Below, in pieces: positions 51,725-62,700 of a stretch of DNA of 64,000 nucleotides (position 1 is its first letter; each line of letters opens with the position of its first letter). The translations under genes and the position numbers were made by a program. The stretch is from Candidatus Krumholzibacteriia bacterium (GTDB taxonomy: Bacteria; Krumholzibacteriota; Krumholzibacteriia; Krumholzibacteriales; Krumholzibacteriaceae): positions 320,001 to 384,000 of the forward strand of contig CAWIIQ010000001.1 of the NCBI GenBank assembly GCA_963836185.1, read 5' to 3'. The notes under the pieces were generated by a model. It was not told the DNA's origin, did no database searches, and worked only from the letters and a program-made list of their open reading frames with translations.

Positions 51725-52618
51725 ATGACCCACGAACGCGCGACCACTCGTCCGGCCCCCGCGGCCCTCATCCTGGGCTTCTTTCTCGGCTGCGTTCTCG
51801 TCGTCGCCACCGCCGCCGGTGCGGGAACTCTCGGCGTCGCTATCTCGGCCGACGGCACGCCCATCGCCTACGAGGTCCACGGCGGCGGCGAGCCGACCCT
51901 GATCCTGGTCCACGGCTGGAGCTGCGACGCTCGCTACTGGCGCGAGCAGCTGGCGCACTTCGCCGCCCGGCATCGGATTGTCACCGTCGATCTGGCTGGC
52001 CACGGCCACTCGGGCGTGGGGCGCGAGGACTACACCATGCGCTCCTTTGGCGAGGACGTGCGGGCGGTGGCCGACGCCGTCGGCGGCGACCGGCTGATCC
52101 TGGTCGGTCACTCCATGGGTGGCCTGGTCATCGCCGAGGCCGCGCGCCTGCTGCCGGGCCGGGTCCTGGGCCTGATCGGCGTCGACTCGCTCCACGACCT
52201 CGGTTTTCCGGTCACAGAGGAGCACGCCGCCGAGATGATCGCCCCGCTGGAGGCCGACTTCCCTGCCGCCTGCCGGCAGTTCGCCGCAGCGATGATCCTG
52301 CCGGACACGGACGCCGAACTGGCCGAGTGGATCCAGGCCGACATGGCGTCCGCGCCAGCGGAGGTCGCCCTGAGCGCGATGCGGGAGTACATGGCGCAGT
52401 GGATCACCGGCGCGGGGCCGAGGCTCTTCGAGGAGCTGCCCCTGCCGGTCGTGGCGGTGTGCGCCGACATGTGGCCCGTCGATGCCGAGGCGAACCGCCG
52501 TCACATGCACTCCTTCGAGGCGATCGTGCTGGAGGGAACCGACCACTTCCTGATGCTCGGCGCAGCGGAGGAGTTCAACCGGGCACTCGAGGAGGCCATC
52601 TCGAAGATCGAGCCCTAG
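51725..52618 (+). CDS. Alpha/beta hydrolase
   Basis: LVHGWSCD, DLAGHGHS, GHSMGG, TDHFLML. Very GC-rich relative to its neighbours. Confidence 0.9.
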   Translation: MTHERATTRPAPAALILGFFLGCVLVVATAAGAGTLGVAISADGTPIAYEVHGGGEPTLILVHGWSCDARYWREQLAHFAARHRIVTVDLAGHGHSGVGREDYTMRSFGEDVRAVADAVGGDRLILVGHSMGGLVIAEAARLLPGRVLGLIGVDSLHDLGFPVTEEHAAEMIAPLEADFPAACRQFAAAMILPDTDAELAEWIQADMASAPAEVALSAMREYMAQWITGAGPRLFEELPLPVVAVCADMWPVDAEANRRHMHSFEAIVLEGTDHFLMLGAAEEFNRALEEAISKIEP

Positions 52619-52656
52619 GTGATGGTTGCCTGGTGTGCCACAGGAAGCAGGATTAC

Positions 52657-53607
52657 TTGAGACACATTGCATCGACAGAAGGTTGTGCAAAAATAGCATT
52701 GAGTATCGTGCTCGTCGGGCTGGTGCTGTTTGCGCCGGCAGTCTCTGCCCAGCAGGAAAAGGCTGCATCGGTGCCGGCTGGCCCGTACCTCGGCCAATCA
52801 AGCCCAGGCGTTACTCCAGCTCAGTTTATGCCGGATCATCAGCTGTTCGATGGTCTCCTGCATTGTTCTCCCGCCTTCTCGCCCGACGGCAATGAAGTGT
52901 TCTGGTCGGTGATTTTCCGCGAAGAACGCCGTGGGCAGATCATGTGTATGCGGGCGACCGGGGATGGCTGGACTCCGCCGGCCGTAGCGGCGTTTTCCGG
53001 AGTGTACAGTGATGTCAATCCATGCTTTTCATCTGATGGTTCCAGGGTGTATTTCGCGTCAAACCGTCCGGAAGGAAAGGGCAGCGCGGATATCTGGTAT
53101 GTGACCAGAACCGATCATGGCTGGGGCGATCCGGTCAATCTCGGCATGCCGCCCAATGGCGAAGGCGGCGAGGGCCAGCCATCTGTGGCAGCCGATGGTT
53201 CCCTGGTGTTTATCAGCGCGATGGACTCGGTCGAATGGGATCGTGGTATTTACATGTGCCGGAAAATGGACACGGGATACGCCGAGCGGACAGCCTTGCC
53301 GTCGATTATCAATACCCCCGGTGCAGACGCCTATCCCTTTATTGCCCCCGACCAGTCCTATCTGCTCTTTTGCTCCAGTCGACCCGGGGGTAAAAGTGTA
53401 GAGACGGATATGTACATTTCATTCAAGACGGAGAACGGTGAGTGGGGGGTGCCGGTGCAGGCAGGCCCCGGGATCAACAACGGAAAGACGGTTTCATTTC
53501 CCCGTGTTACGCCTGATGGAAAGTATCTCTTCTTCAGGCGTTTCATTGACGGACACGGTGCTTTCTTCTGGGTGGAAGCCAGGAGACTTGAGGAGCTGAG
53601 ACCATAA
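52657..53607 (+). CDS. PD40/TolB-like beta-propeller protein
   Basis: TTG start, signal peptide, GPYLGQ..PG, PAFSPDG, YFASNRP, PVNLG, PFIAPD.SYL.F, VTPDGKYLFF. Confidence 0.8.
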   Translation: MRHIASTEGCAKIALSIVLVGLVLFAPAVSAQQEKAASVPAGPYLGQSSPGVTPAQFMPDHQLFDGLLHCSPAFSPDGNEVFWSVIFREERRGQIMCMRATGDGWTPPAVAAFSGVYSDVNPCFSSDGSRVYFASNRPEGKGSADIWYVTRTDHGWGDPVNLGMPPNGEGGEGQPSVAADGSLVFISAMDSVEWDRGIYMCRKMDTGYAERTALPSIINTPGADAYPFIAPDQSYLLFCSSRPGGKSVETDMYISFKTENGEWGVPVQAGPGINNGKTVSFPRVTPDGKYLFFRRFIDGHGAFFWVEARRLEELRP

Positions 53608-53660
53608 CAGGAACTTGCACATGCTTGACTATTAGCCCTGTGATCGACTGGAGGAGTTGA

Positions 53661-54499
53661 ATGGAGACGCGGCTGGAGCCGAGAGCAGTATGGACGCGGA
53701 TCGCCGTTTTTGTAGGGGGTCACCTACGCCTGGTCGTGGATATTCATGTCGATGGCGATTTCCGCTGGGAAGATCACCACCGCCACTGCACTCGGTGGAA
53801 TGTGGAGTCCCCTCGTCGGGCTCCTTGTCACCCGGATCATCTTTCCGGACGGCAGGCGCCGGGGCAGCCTGGCCGGGCTTGGCTGGCGCTGGGGCTCGAC
53901 GCGGTGGCAGCTGTGGAGCTACCTGCTCCCGGTGCTGTACGTTGGCGCCGCATATGGGGCAACCTGGGCATTCGGCCTGGCCGGTTTCACCGAAGACCCG
54001 GCCGGCGATGTCGCCGTCAAGGTACTCACCGCAATCGCCCTGGGCACTGTCTTCAATTCGATTGCAGCCCTTGGGGAAGAGATCGGCTGGCAGGGCTTCC
54101 TGGTCCCTCAGCTCTTCCGTGTGGTGGGCTTCACCAAAACGGCCCTTCTGCGCGGAATCATCTGGTCCTTGTGGCACTATCCGTTGATCATCGGCGGGGT
54201 CTACGGCACCACGGAAACGCCGCTCTGGTACCGACTGGTCTTTTTCACCATCACCATGACGTCCGTCAGCTTCGCTTTCTCCTGGCTCAGGATCAAAGTC
54301 AGGGAGCCTCTGGACCGGCGTGTTGCTGCACGCCATGCATAACCTGTACTTCCAGGAGGTCTTCCCGATGCTGGCAGTCGATCGTTCCACCACCGCGTAC
54401 TATATCGGCGAATTCGGAGCGTTTTCCGCCATTGCCGCGATCATCGTCGCTTTTGTATTCTGGAGAAGGCGCGGGAGCTTGAACGTCCCCGCGCGTTAG
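53661..54499 (+). CDS. CPBP/CAAX intramembrane metalloprotease (Abi family); frameshifts near 53720 and 54300
   Basis: ALGEEIGWQGFL, GIIWSLWHYP, and in the shifted frame SLWTGVLLHAMHN. Confidence 0.8.
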
Positions 54500-54528
54500 C
54501 CGGGCAGCATAGCACCCGCTGCGCCAGC

Positions 54529-54610
54529 CTGGCGATTTCTCATGCGATTGTTCTTGATTTTGAGGCTACCTGCGGAGATGAGGGACCAGTACGACCGCAG
54601 GAAATAATTG
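54529..54610 (+). pseudogene. N-terminal remnant of an ERI-1/KapD-type DEDDh 3'-5' exonuclease
   Basis: HAIVLDFEATCGDEGPVRPQEII matches the ExoI motif 'vlDFEATC...qEIIE'. The similarity stops abruptly. Confidence 0.65.
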
Positions 54611-55018
54611 TAAAGATACTTCGCTTGCTTGTGCAGGCCGGGGCCATTGTTGAACCGACGTCAGAGCTTTCGTCTCTGAAATATCCGCCAATTCAATTGA
54701 GACTGCGCTATGGAGATAGAGTTGAAACGGTGATTCTGGAGACACGTAACCTGAAAACGCTTCGAGAATTGGCAGGCAAGTGCTTCAAGTGTCGGATTAC
54801 GACATTCACTTGACTTGATGGTAAGTGTATTGAGGGAGGGAATGAGCTTCTTGCGTTAAAGTCAGGCGAAGAGATTGTATTGACGTGATCAGCGTAGTAG
54901 CATTTTTCTGGCAAGAGCTTTCACCTGACAATCGCCTGGATTATCTCAATCAGCTCTCCAGCGGGGAGAAGGAATTTCCGCTGTTTCACCTGCAGGCGTA
55001 GCTGAACATCGGCCCGTC

Positions 55019-55046
55019 TTGACACATAAAGAAATATGGCTATACT
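55019..55046 (+). promoter_or_regulatory. Sigma70 promoter, probably leaderless transcript
   Basis: TTGACA-N16-TATACT 9 nt before the toxin ATG, no RBS. Confidence 0.6.
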
Positions 55047-55055
55047 ATAGCCAGA

Positions 55056-55373
55056 ATGAAACACGAGATTGTCTTGTCTCCAGCTGCCGTCGATGAGTAT
55101 CGGACTCTGTCGGCGTTTGAGCGCGCACAGGTCCGCGATGCCCTCGAGCGGCATCTCAGGCATCAACCAACGAAGACGAGCCGGAGCCGGATCAAACGCC
55201 TTAGAGGCCTTCGAAAGCCGCAGTATCGGTTGCTGGCGGGAGATCTGAGGGTCTTTTACGACGTTGTCGAGGGTCGAGTGGAGATTCTCGCGATTGTCAC
55301 GAAGGCACAAGCCGAGGCGTGGTTGAAAGAGAAAGGGTCGCCCGATGAAAAAGGTCGCACTCGCTCGGATTAA
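55056..55373 (+). CDS. RelE/ParE family toxin
   Basis: MKHEIVLSPAAVDEY, IKRLRG...QYRL..GDLRVFYDV. Confidence 0.88.
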   Translation: MKHEIVLSPAAVDEYRTLSAFERAQVRDALERHLRHQPTKTSRSRIKRLRGLRKPQYRLLAGDLRVFYDVVEGRVEILAIVTKAQAEAWLKEKGSPDEKGRTRSD

Positions 55374-55590
55374 GGACTCGCTGTCGAAGTACCTCAGGAT
55401 AGCCGAGCGCGAAGAGATCATCATTACCAGGCACGGCAAACCGGCCGGAGTGCTGATCGGTTTCAACTCTGAGGATGACTGGTTTGAATACCGCCTGGAG
55501 AACGATCCCAGGTTTCTGGAGCGGGTCGCGGAGGCCCGTGAAGCATTTAGACGCGGGAAAGGCGTGAAGCTGGAAGATCTGGAAGAATGA
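55345..55590 (+). CDS. Phd/YefM family antitoxin
   Basis: KDSLSKYLR.AE.EEIIITRHGKPAGVLI. Confidence 0.9.
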   Translation: MKKVALARIKDSLSKYLRIAEREEIIITRHGKPAGVLIGFNSEDDWFEYRLENDPRFLERVAEAREAFRRGKGVKLEDLEE

Positions 55591-55679
55591 ACGGCGACAT
55601 CGCACCGTTCTCGACCGACACGCCATTCATCGAGGATTTCGAAACTGATTCCTCCCAACGACTCCCCATGATTAAGTAA

Positions 55680-55815
55680 AAGTAATATGTTGCTGTTTAA
55701 GGACTGAATATTGCTATAACAGGTAATATATTGCTGGCTATAGATTCGGCTTGACATATTGTATAATCAGTAATATACTGCTTGTTAAGGATATGAAAGG
55801 GGTGTAATCAGTAAC
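55680..55815 (+). promoter_or_regulatory. hipBA promoter with repeated operator-like boxes
   Basis: TTGACA(55751)-N17-TATACT. Boxes AGTAATATGTTGCT, GGTAATATATTGCT, CAGTAATATACTG (palindromic), CAGTAACAT. Confidence 0.65.
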
Positions 55816-55817
55816 AT

Positions 55818-56187
55818 ATGTCGTATAATCATGATTTTTCAGTAGCAACGAGCAGTCAGATCGAGGCTGCCCTCTGCAAGCGGCTGGAAAGTATAAGGCT
55901 TTCCCGTAACATGACCCAGGCGCAACTTGCCGGGGAAGCTGGTGTCTCGTCGAGGACTATCGGCCGGCTTGAGAAGGGCCAGGGAGTTTCCCTGGATACA
56001 TTCATCCGGGTCCTGACGGCGCTTGGCATCCAGCAGCAATCTTGAAGCCCTGCTGCCGGATCCGACTGTGAGGCCGATCGAGCGAGTCGGCATTGGCGGC
56101 GGAGAGCGCAAGCGGGCACGGCCATCTTCCTCGGTCGCTGAGCGCCAGAAATGGTCGTGGGGTGACGGCGGGGACGAAGATGAATAA
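55818..56187 (+). CDS. HipB-like XRE HTH antitoxin (frameshift near 56035)
   Basis: RLSRNMTQAQLAGEAGVS.RTI.RLEKG..SLDTFIRVL, continuing in the shifted frame as LLPDP..RPIE...RKRAR...WSWGD. Confidence 0.85.
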
Positions 56188-57482
56188 TGATGCACGTGTC
56201 GTTCTCTGGGGAAGTGTGATCGGTGCCGTCACCTGGCTCGAAGACAGGGAGATCGGAGTCTTCCAGTACGCTCCTGATTTCCTGGGTAGCGGCATCCAGC
56301 TGGCGCCGCTCATGATGCCGCTCGGCGAGTTCCCTTATGAGTTCCCGGCGCTTGCGCGGAATACATTCAAAGGGTTGCCGGGATTGATAGCGGATTCACT
56401 TCCGGACAGATACGGTAATGCGATCATTGACGCCTGGCTTGCTTCACAGGGACGAACCGCATCGAGTTTCCATCCGGTGGAGCGTCTCTGCTATGTCGGC
56501 AGTCGCGGCATGGGGGCTCTCGAGTTCCAGCCGGCCACACTCGGGCCGCCGACCAGCAAGCGCGCGGTCGAGGTCGCCAGCCTCGTCGATCTGGCAAACC
56601 GGATCCTTGCCGAACGCGCCAGTCTCGGTGGCGTTTTCTCCGGTGACGACGACCAGGAAGCAATCAACGACATTCTCCGAGTCGGGACTTCAGCCGGCGG
56701 AGCCAGGGCCAAAGCGATTCTCGCCTGGAATCCGGAGACCAACGAATTCCGGTCAGGCCAGGTCGATGCCGGAGCGGGCTTCGAGCACTGGCTCATGAAG
56801 TTTGACGGGATCACCAGCACTCGTCGATGCAGAAGTCGCCACTCCGAAGGGCTACGGTAAGATCGAGTATGCCTATCACCTGATGGCCGTCGAGGCCGGC
56901 ATCGAGATGACGACGTGCCGCCTTCATCATGAAGGCGGCCGCAGCCACTTCATGACGAAGAGATTTGACAGGCATGCCGATGGCGGAAAGCTGCACATGC
57001 AGTCCCTCGGGGCCATTGCTCACTATGACTACAGGCAGCCTGCGAGCTATTCGTACGAGCAGGCGATCCAGGTCATCCGGCGGCTGGGACTCCCTCGAAA
57101 GGACATGGAGCAGCAGGTGCTGCGCGCCATATTCAATGTAGTCGGCCGCAATTGTGACGATCACGTCAAGAACATAGCCTTTCTCATGAATCGGCGAGGT
57201 GAATGGCGCCTGTCACCTGCCTTCGACATCTCCTATGCGTGGAACCCCAGCGGTGAGTGGGCGAGCCGGCACCAGATGAGCGTGAACGGCAAGCGCGACG
57301 GATTCAAGCGTGAGGATCTGCTCGCCCTCGCTAACGTGGCTGACATCAAGACGGCGCGCGCGCACCAGATGATAGATCGCGTTATCGAAGTAGTCCGCCG
57401 CTGGCCTGATGTTGCCGCGGATGCTGGAGTTCCCGATGAACAGATCAGGAAGATTCAGAATAGCCAGCGCACGGATCTGTAG
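56180..57482 (+). CDS. hipA: HipA family kinase toxin (frameshift near 56820)
   Basis: DSLPDRYG, RGMGALEF, GTSAGGARAK, WLMKFDG, KRFDR, NCDDHVKN, LSPAFD. Confidence 0.9.
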
Positions 57483-57528
57483 TGATATGGATAAGATTGT
57501 TCAGGCCGGAATCAGGGGAGATAGCTCT

Positions 57529-58491
57529 ATGAAACGTTTTGTTCTATTAACCTCTGCCGTGTGTCTTCTTCTCTGTGCCGGGGAGGCATGGTCCCGGGAC
57601 CAGGGGGATACTGTCTGCACTGAATTCCCCAGGATCGGGGGCGAATATTTCGGGCAGGCGAAGCCGGGGCCGAAGGCCGAGCCGTTCGCTGTTCCGGTGT
57701 TAGTCGGCCGGCAGGGTCATTACATCAGGTCAGTCACCTTCTCCCCCGATGGAACGGAGGCTTACTGGCCCGTCATCGACCTGAACGATGATTACAGGCG
57801 ATGGATAGCCTGTTCCCGGATGGAGGGAGGGATCTGGACGTATCCTGAGCTGGCCCCGTTCTCGAAGAAGGGTTACGAAGATGACGTGCCCTGCATTTCA
57901 CCGGGCGGTGACAAGCTGCTGTTCGTTTCCCGGCGCCCGCTCACTGAGGGTGATGCGGTGGGCAAGGAGAAGATCTGGATCATGACCCGCGATGGAGAGG
58001 GCTGGTCGGTTCCTGTCCCGCTGCCTGAATCGGTAAATGCCCCGTACACGATCCATCAGCAGGTATCACTCGACGGGGAAGATAACCTGTATTTCAGCGG
58101 CGAGGCTTCCGATGGATACGGGAGTCTCGATATCTACCGTTCGAGATATGTGGACGGGGAATATCAGCAGCCTGTGAATCTGGGCCCGGTGATCAATGGT
58201 CCTGAAGGGGATTATACCCCTTTCATCGCGGCGGACGGGAGCTATCTCATATTCACCAGGAATGTCGGAGAAGGGTGGACCCTGCTTATAAGTTTCAGGG
58301 ACCGGGACGGGGCCTGGAGCCCTCCGGCTGATTTGAAGGAGAGCATCAAGGGGGTTGCGGGGATGGAACTCGGTAATCCTTTTGTGACGCACGATGGAAA
58401 ATATCTGATATTCTTCGGGGAGAAGGGCAGCGACATCACGCCGTTCTGGACCGACATATCCTTCATCGAGGATCTTCGCGATAAGAGGTGA
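57529..58491 (+). CDS. PD40/TolB-like beta-propeller protein (paralog of 52657-53607)
   Basis: GEYFGQ.KPG, FSPDG, PVNLGP.IN, PFIAADGSYLIF, VTHDGKYLIF. Confidence 0.8.
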   Translation: MKRFVLLTSAVCLLLCAGEAWSRDQGDTVCTEFPRIGGEYFGQAKPGPKAEPFAVPVLVGRQGHYIRSVTFSPDGTEAYWPVIDLNDDYRRWIACSRMEGGIWTYPELAPFSKKGYEDDVPCISPGGDKLLFVSRRPLTEGDAVGKEKIWIMTRDGEGWSVPVPLPESVNAPYTIHQQVSLDGEDNLYFSGEASDGYGSLDIYRSRYVDGEYQQPVNLGPVINGPEGDYTPFIAADGSYLIFTRNVGEGWTLLISFRDRDGAWSPPADLKESIKGVAGMELGNPFVTHDGKYLIFFGEKGSDITPFWTDISFIEDLRDKR

Positions 58492-58494
58492 GTC

Positions 58495-59097
58495 ATGTCC
58501 GCGATCTTTCGGGACGCCAGGCCTGACCTTGAAGAAGGTCTGGTCTGTGCCCGCTATATCAACGAAGCTGCCGAGGGCTTCATCCGTTTTATGTTCGGTG
58601 GCGGGTACGCGGAAATTATCGCGAAGGCATATACCCAGCCTGACAACCAGTACTCCTTCCAGAACGTGATCTTCGCGGAACGTGACAGCGTCATCGTCGG
58701 CATGGCGCTCGGTTTTACTGCCTTACAGCGAGTCAATTTCTCCGACGAGCCGATAAAGAGGGCCGCGGAACCACAAGCCTTTCGGATGAGAGTTGTGAAG
58801 ACGCTTTTCGCGCCGATGATGAGAATCATCGAAACGATCGATCCTGGAGACTACTATATACTGACTCTTGCTGTAGATACGGGAGTTAGAGGCGAAGGCA
58901 TCGGCACGATGTTGCTCGACGCGATGGAGGAAAGGGCCGTCGCCGGCGGTTCCGCGCGGCTCGCTCTCGATGTCGCGGCGAGCAACGGGGGCGCACGCAG
59001 GCTCTATGAGCGCCGCGGGATGAACGTCGAGTCGCAGTGGCCGAAGCGCCTCCCACTACCGGGGATAAGATTCTATCGGATGACGAAATCACTCTGA
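58495..59097 (+). CDS. GNAT family N-acetyltransferase
   Basis: YILTLAV....RGEGIGT.LL, LDV...N.GARRLYER.G. Confidence 0.88.
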   Translation: MSAIFRDARPDLEEGLVCARYINEAAEGFIRFMFGGGYAEIIAKAYTQPDNQYSFQNVIFAERDSVIVGMALGFTALQRVNFSDEPIKRAAEPQAFRMRVVKTLFAPMMRIIETIDPGDYYILTLAVDTGVRGEGIGTMLLDAMEERAVAGGSARLALDVAASNGGARRLYERRGMNVESQWPKRLPLPGIRFYRMTKSL

Positions 59098-59128
59098 GTT
59101 CACGATGGACACGAATAAGGGAGATCAA

Positions 59129-59512
59129 ATGAAACGCGTGACTGGAATCGGCGGGATCTTCATCAAGTCGAAGGATCCCGAGAGGCTGAGGGCCTGGTAT
59201 CAGGCTCACCTGGGAATGGAGATCGAGGAATGGGGTGGAGTCGTTTTCCAGTGGAGTACGCCGGAGGTTCCAGTGGCAGACGGAATGACGATCTGGAACA
59301 TATTCGAGGAGCCATCTGATTATTTCCATCCCAGCGAGGCGCAGTTCATGATCAACTACCGGGTAGAAGATCTGAATGCCGTTCTGGACGCCCTCAGGTC
59401 GGAGGGCTGCAATGTTGTCGAGAAGACCGTGGAGTCAGAGCTCGGCAAGTTCGGGTGGGTGATCGATCCTGACGGCAACAAGGTCGAGCTGTGGGAGCCG
59501 CCGACCGGGTGA
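59129..59512 (+). CDS. VOC/glyoxalase family protein
   Basis: MKRVTGIGGIF.KSKDP..L..WY, MINYRV.DL, GKFGWVIDPDGNKVELWEP. Confidence 0.92.
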   Translation: MKRVTGIGGIFIKSKDPERLRAWYQAHLGMEIEEWGGVVFQWSTPEVPVADGMTIWNIFEEPSDYFHPSEAQFMINYRVEDLNAVLDALRSEGCNVVEKTVESELGKFGWVIDPDGNKVELWEPPTG

Positions 59513-59609
59513 TCTTGCCGGGAGTGACTTTTCTGCAGGAGGCATAAGATAATCCAGGTGTGATTTGTGCTGTTCGGCCATGGGTGTACCGCTGTAAAAT
59601 CCCGCATTC

Positions 59610-59638
59610 TTGACAACATTCCATTTATAGTTTAAAAT
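59610..59638 (+). promoter_or_regulatory. Sigma70-type promoter
   Basis: TTGACA-N17-TAAAAT. Confidence 0.65.
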
Positions 59639-59702
59639 GATTCCGCATCGGCTAGGGGACGCCGAGAATCCAGTACAACTCAACAGCGTAAAGGAGTCCG
59701 CC

Positions 59703-62700
59703 ATGAAGCGTGTATTCCGTTCCGTGATTATAGCCATATTGATGGTAACCGGCATCGTATTGGCTGTGCATTCCCTGGAAAAGGACAGGATCACGCAGCG
59801 AGAACCAGTTATATCGACAGGCGGTGTCCGTCCTGCCGCGAAGCTGGTGCCTGCCGCGCCATCGGCGATCGACACCTTCGTCCACGCATTCTACGATTTT
59901 GAGGACGGAATCGGGGGCCCTGATCCGCAGGGGTGGACGACCGAGGACATCTCAAACGACCCGCAGGACGGGACATTCTTCCATATCGACGACTTTGTCG
60001 GGCTGGCCGGGTACGCTCCGCTGGTCGGCGCACAATCCCTCTGGTGCGGGGCACGTCCCGATTCCGAAGCGCTCTGCCTGTACGAGACGCTGCCCGGGTA
60101 CGGGCTGTACTGGAAGCAGGCATTCGAGTCCCGCACGTTCTCCGTCTCAGGGGAAATAAATGTCAGCTTTCAGATCAGGTACGACCTGGAACAGGCATAC
60201 GACTACGCCTGGTTTCAGTACGAATCGATTACCGGAGGCTGGCGCAATCTGGCAGAGTTCACCCACGTTGGCCTCGAAACTATTCATGTGACTATCCCGG
60301 ATGACAGTGTGGGGAGCTATACGCGGTTTCGCTTCTACGTCGAATCAGACAGTTACGGCTCGGACGAGGACGGTCATTACGACTCGGACGGAGCGATCGT
60401 CGTAGACGACCTGTTAATCACCGACATTGGCGGAACGGTCGATTCCCAGGACTTCGAGGGAGGAGCGCCGGGAGATCTCACCACTGCCGACGGCGACTGG
60501 ACGGCGGTCGTGTTTGAACTACGGTTTTTCGGAGACTACGGGGCGCTGCTTGACGGCACGACGGTTCTGCAGGAAGACCCGCTCATCTACAACGACACTC
60601 ATCTCTGGGGATTCTTCAACGGATCGACCGACGAGTACGGATGCGGGAGCCACCCGGAGCAGATGGCGGTGCCGTTCGGTAAGGCGCCCTACCATATTGA
60701 GGACTACCTTCACAATTCCACCCGGTCCCCGATGATCGACCTTTCGCGTACCGTCACCGGGGGGTACGCTCCACCCGACACCGGTATGCTGATCCTGGAG
60801 TTCGACGTCTATCGCGACCTGCCCATCGACAATCTTGTCCTGTTCGACTATAACTACCGGTTCATGGTCGATGGATGCTCGACAATCTGGAGATCTGACA
60901 TCTATATATACTCGGGGCTGGAGCCGTACGGCTGGGAAACAGTCAGTTTCGAGATACCGATGGAGCCTGGAGCAACGCATGTCCAGATCGAGCTCGTAGC
61001 TCGGGACATGTATCCTTTCTGGTACCCTTCCATCGGGTCCGGAGCTTGTCACAATCACGCGCCACTTTTCGACAACGTCAAACTATCCCGGATCTTGAAT
61101 CTCTTCCTCGTGACCAACACGGATGACAGCGGGGCGGGATCGCTGCGGCAGGCGATCCTCGACGCCAACGCGGAGCCGGACCTGTCCTGCATAGCTTTCA
61201 ACATTCCCGGCGGGGCCGAGAATATCATCACGCCGCTGACTCTTCTTCCGACGATCACGGCGCCGGTCGTCATCGACGGGTACACGCAGCCCGGCACTGC
61301 GGTAAATACGAATCCTCCCGATATGGAGGTAAACTCTCTGATTAAGATAACGATCGACGGATCATCGATTGGATCAGGGGTCGGCAACAACGGCCTGAAT
61401 ATACTCGCCGACAGCTGCGTCATACGCGGCCTCGCCATCCACGGGTTCGGAGATCACGGGATCAATATCGACTTTGCGATGGGGAACATCGTCGCGGGAT
61501 GCTACATCGGGACCGACTGGACCGGTATGGTTGACCTCGGGAACGAGAGCCATGGGATCTATATCATCCATTCGCCGGAAACTGCAGTCGGCGGCACGGA
61601 TCCCGAGGACCGCAACGTCATCTCGGGCAACGGCGGCACAGGCATCCAGGTCCATACGCAGGAATCCCCTAATAACGTGATACAGGGCAATTTCGTTGGA
61701 GTGGACGTCACCGGAGCCGTGGCGATGGGGAACGACGGAGGCGGCATATTCATCGGCCACTCGCCTGACGCCCTGATCGGCGGGACCGAGCCGGGAGCTC
61801 GCAACCTCATCTCTGGTAACGCCGTCGCCGGCATGTACGTAACAGGAGCATGGAGCCACGGTGCCCTGATACAGGGTAACTACATCGGCACCGACCTTAC
61901 CGGGACCCTGCCGCTGGGCAACGTTAACGGGCTGGGTGTCTACAACACCTATAATGTCACCGTAGGCGGTTCGGCATCGGGGGCCGGGAACGTCATCTCG
62001 GGTAACAGCGCGGCGGGGCTGGACCTGCAGGGCGGCGATACGTATGGAGCGGTGGTACAGGGTAACCTGATCGGCACGGATGTCACCGGTACAATCGCTA
62101 TGGGGAACAGGCACGGGGTCGTCTTGCACACGGCTCATGACAATACGATCGGCGGGACCGGCTCGGGAGAGGGGAACGTCATCGCTCACAGTACGCTGCG
62201 AGGCGTCGCTGTCGCCGTCGGGACGGGTAATGTCATTTCTGGTAACTCGATCCACTCGAACGCACAGCTCGGCATCGACCTCGAGTTTGACGGCGTTACA
62301 CCGAACGATACCGATGATTTGGATACCGGCGGCAACGGCCTGCAGAACTACCCCGTGATGACGAGTGCGGTGAATGCAGGAGATGCCATTTGGGTAGAAG
62401 GATCACTCTGGAGCAAACCGTCCACCCATTACGAGGTCGAATTCTTCGCGAGCCCCGCATGCGATGGTACAGGGTACGGCGAGGGTGAGATCTACCTCGA
62501 TTCCGTGACTTTCATAACAGGTGCTACAGGTGAGGTGGTCTTCAGTACCTGGATACTACCCCCGGATCCGGTGCCGGGCGGTTATGTCATAACTGCTACG
62601 GCGAGAGAGGTCAGCGGGGAAGGGACGTCGGAGTTCTCAAACTGCGTCGCGTACCAGAACACTCCCGCCGGCACGAACATATTAGTCGTTCCTATAGACG

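Noticed and set aside
54494-54502. GTTAGCC as an attC core site
   Set aside because: It overlaps the TAG stop of the CPBP protease and has no matching inverse core.
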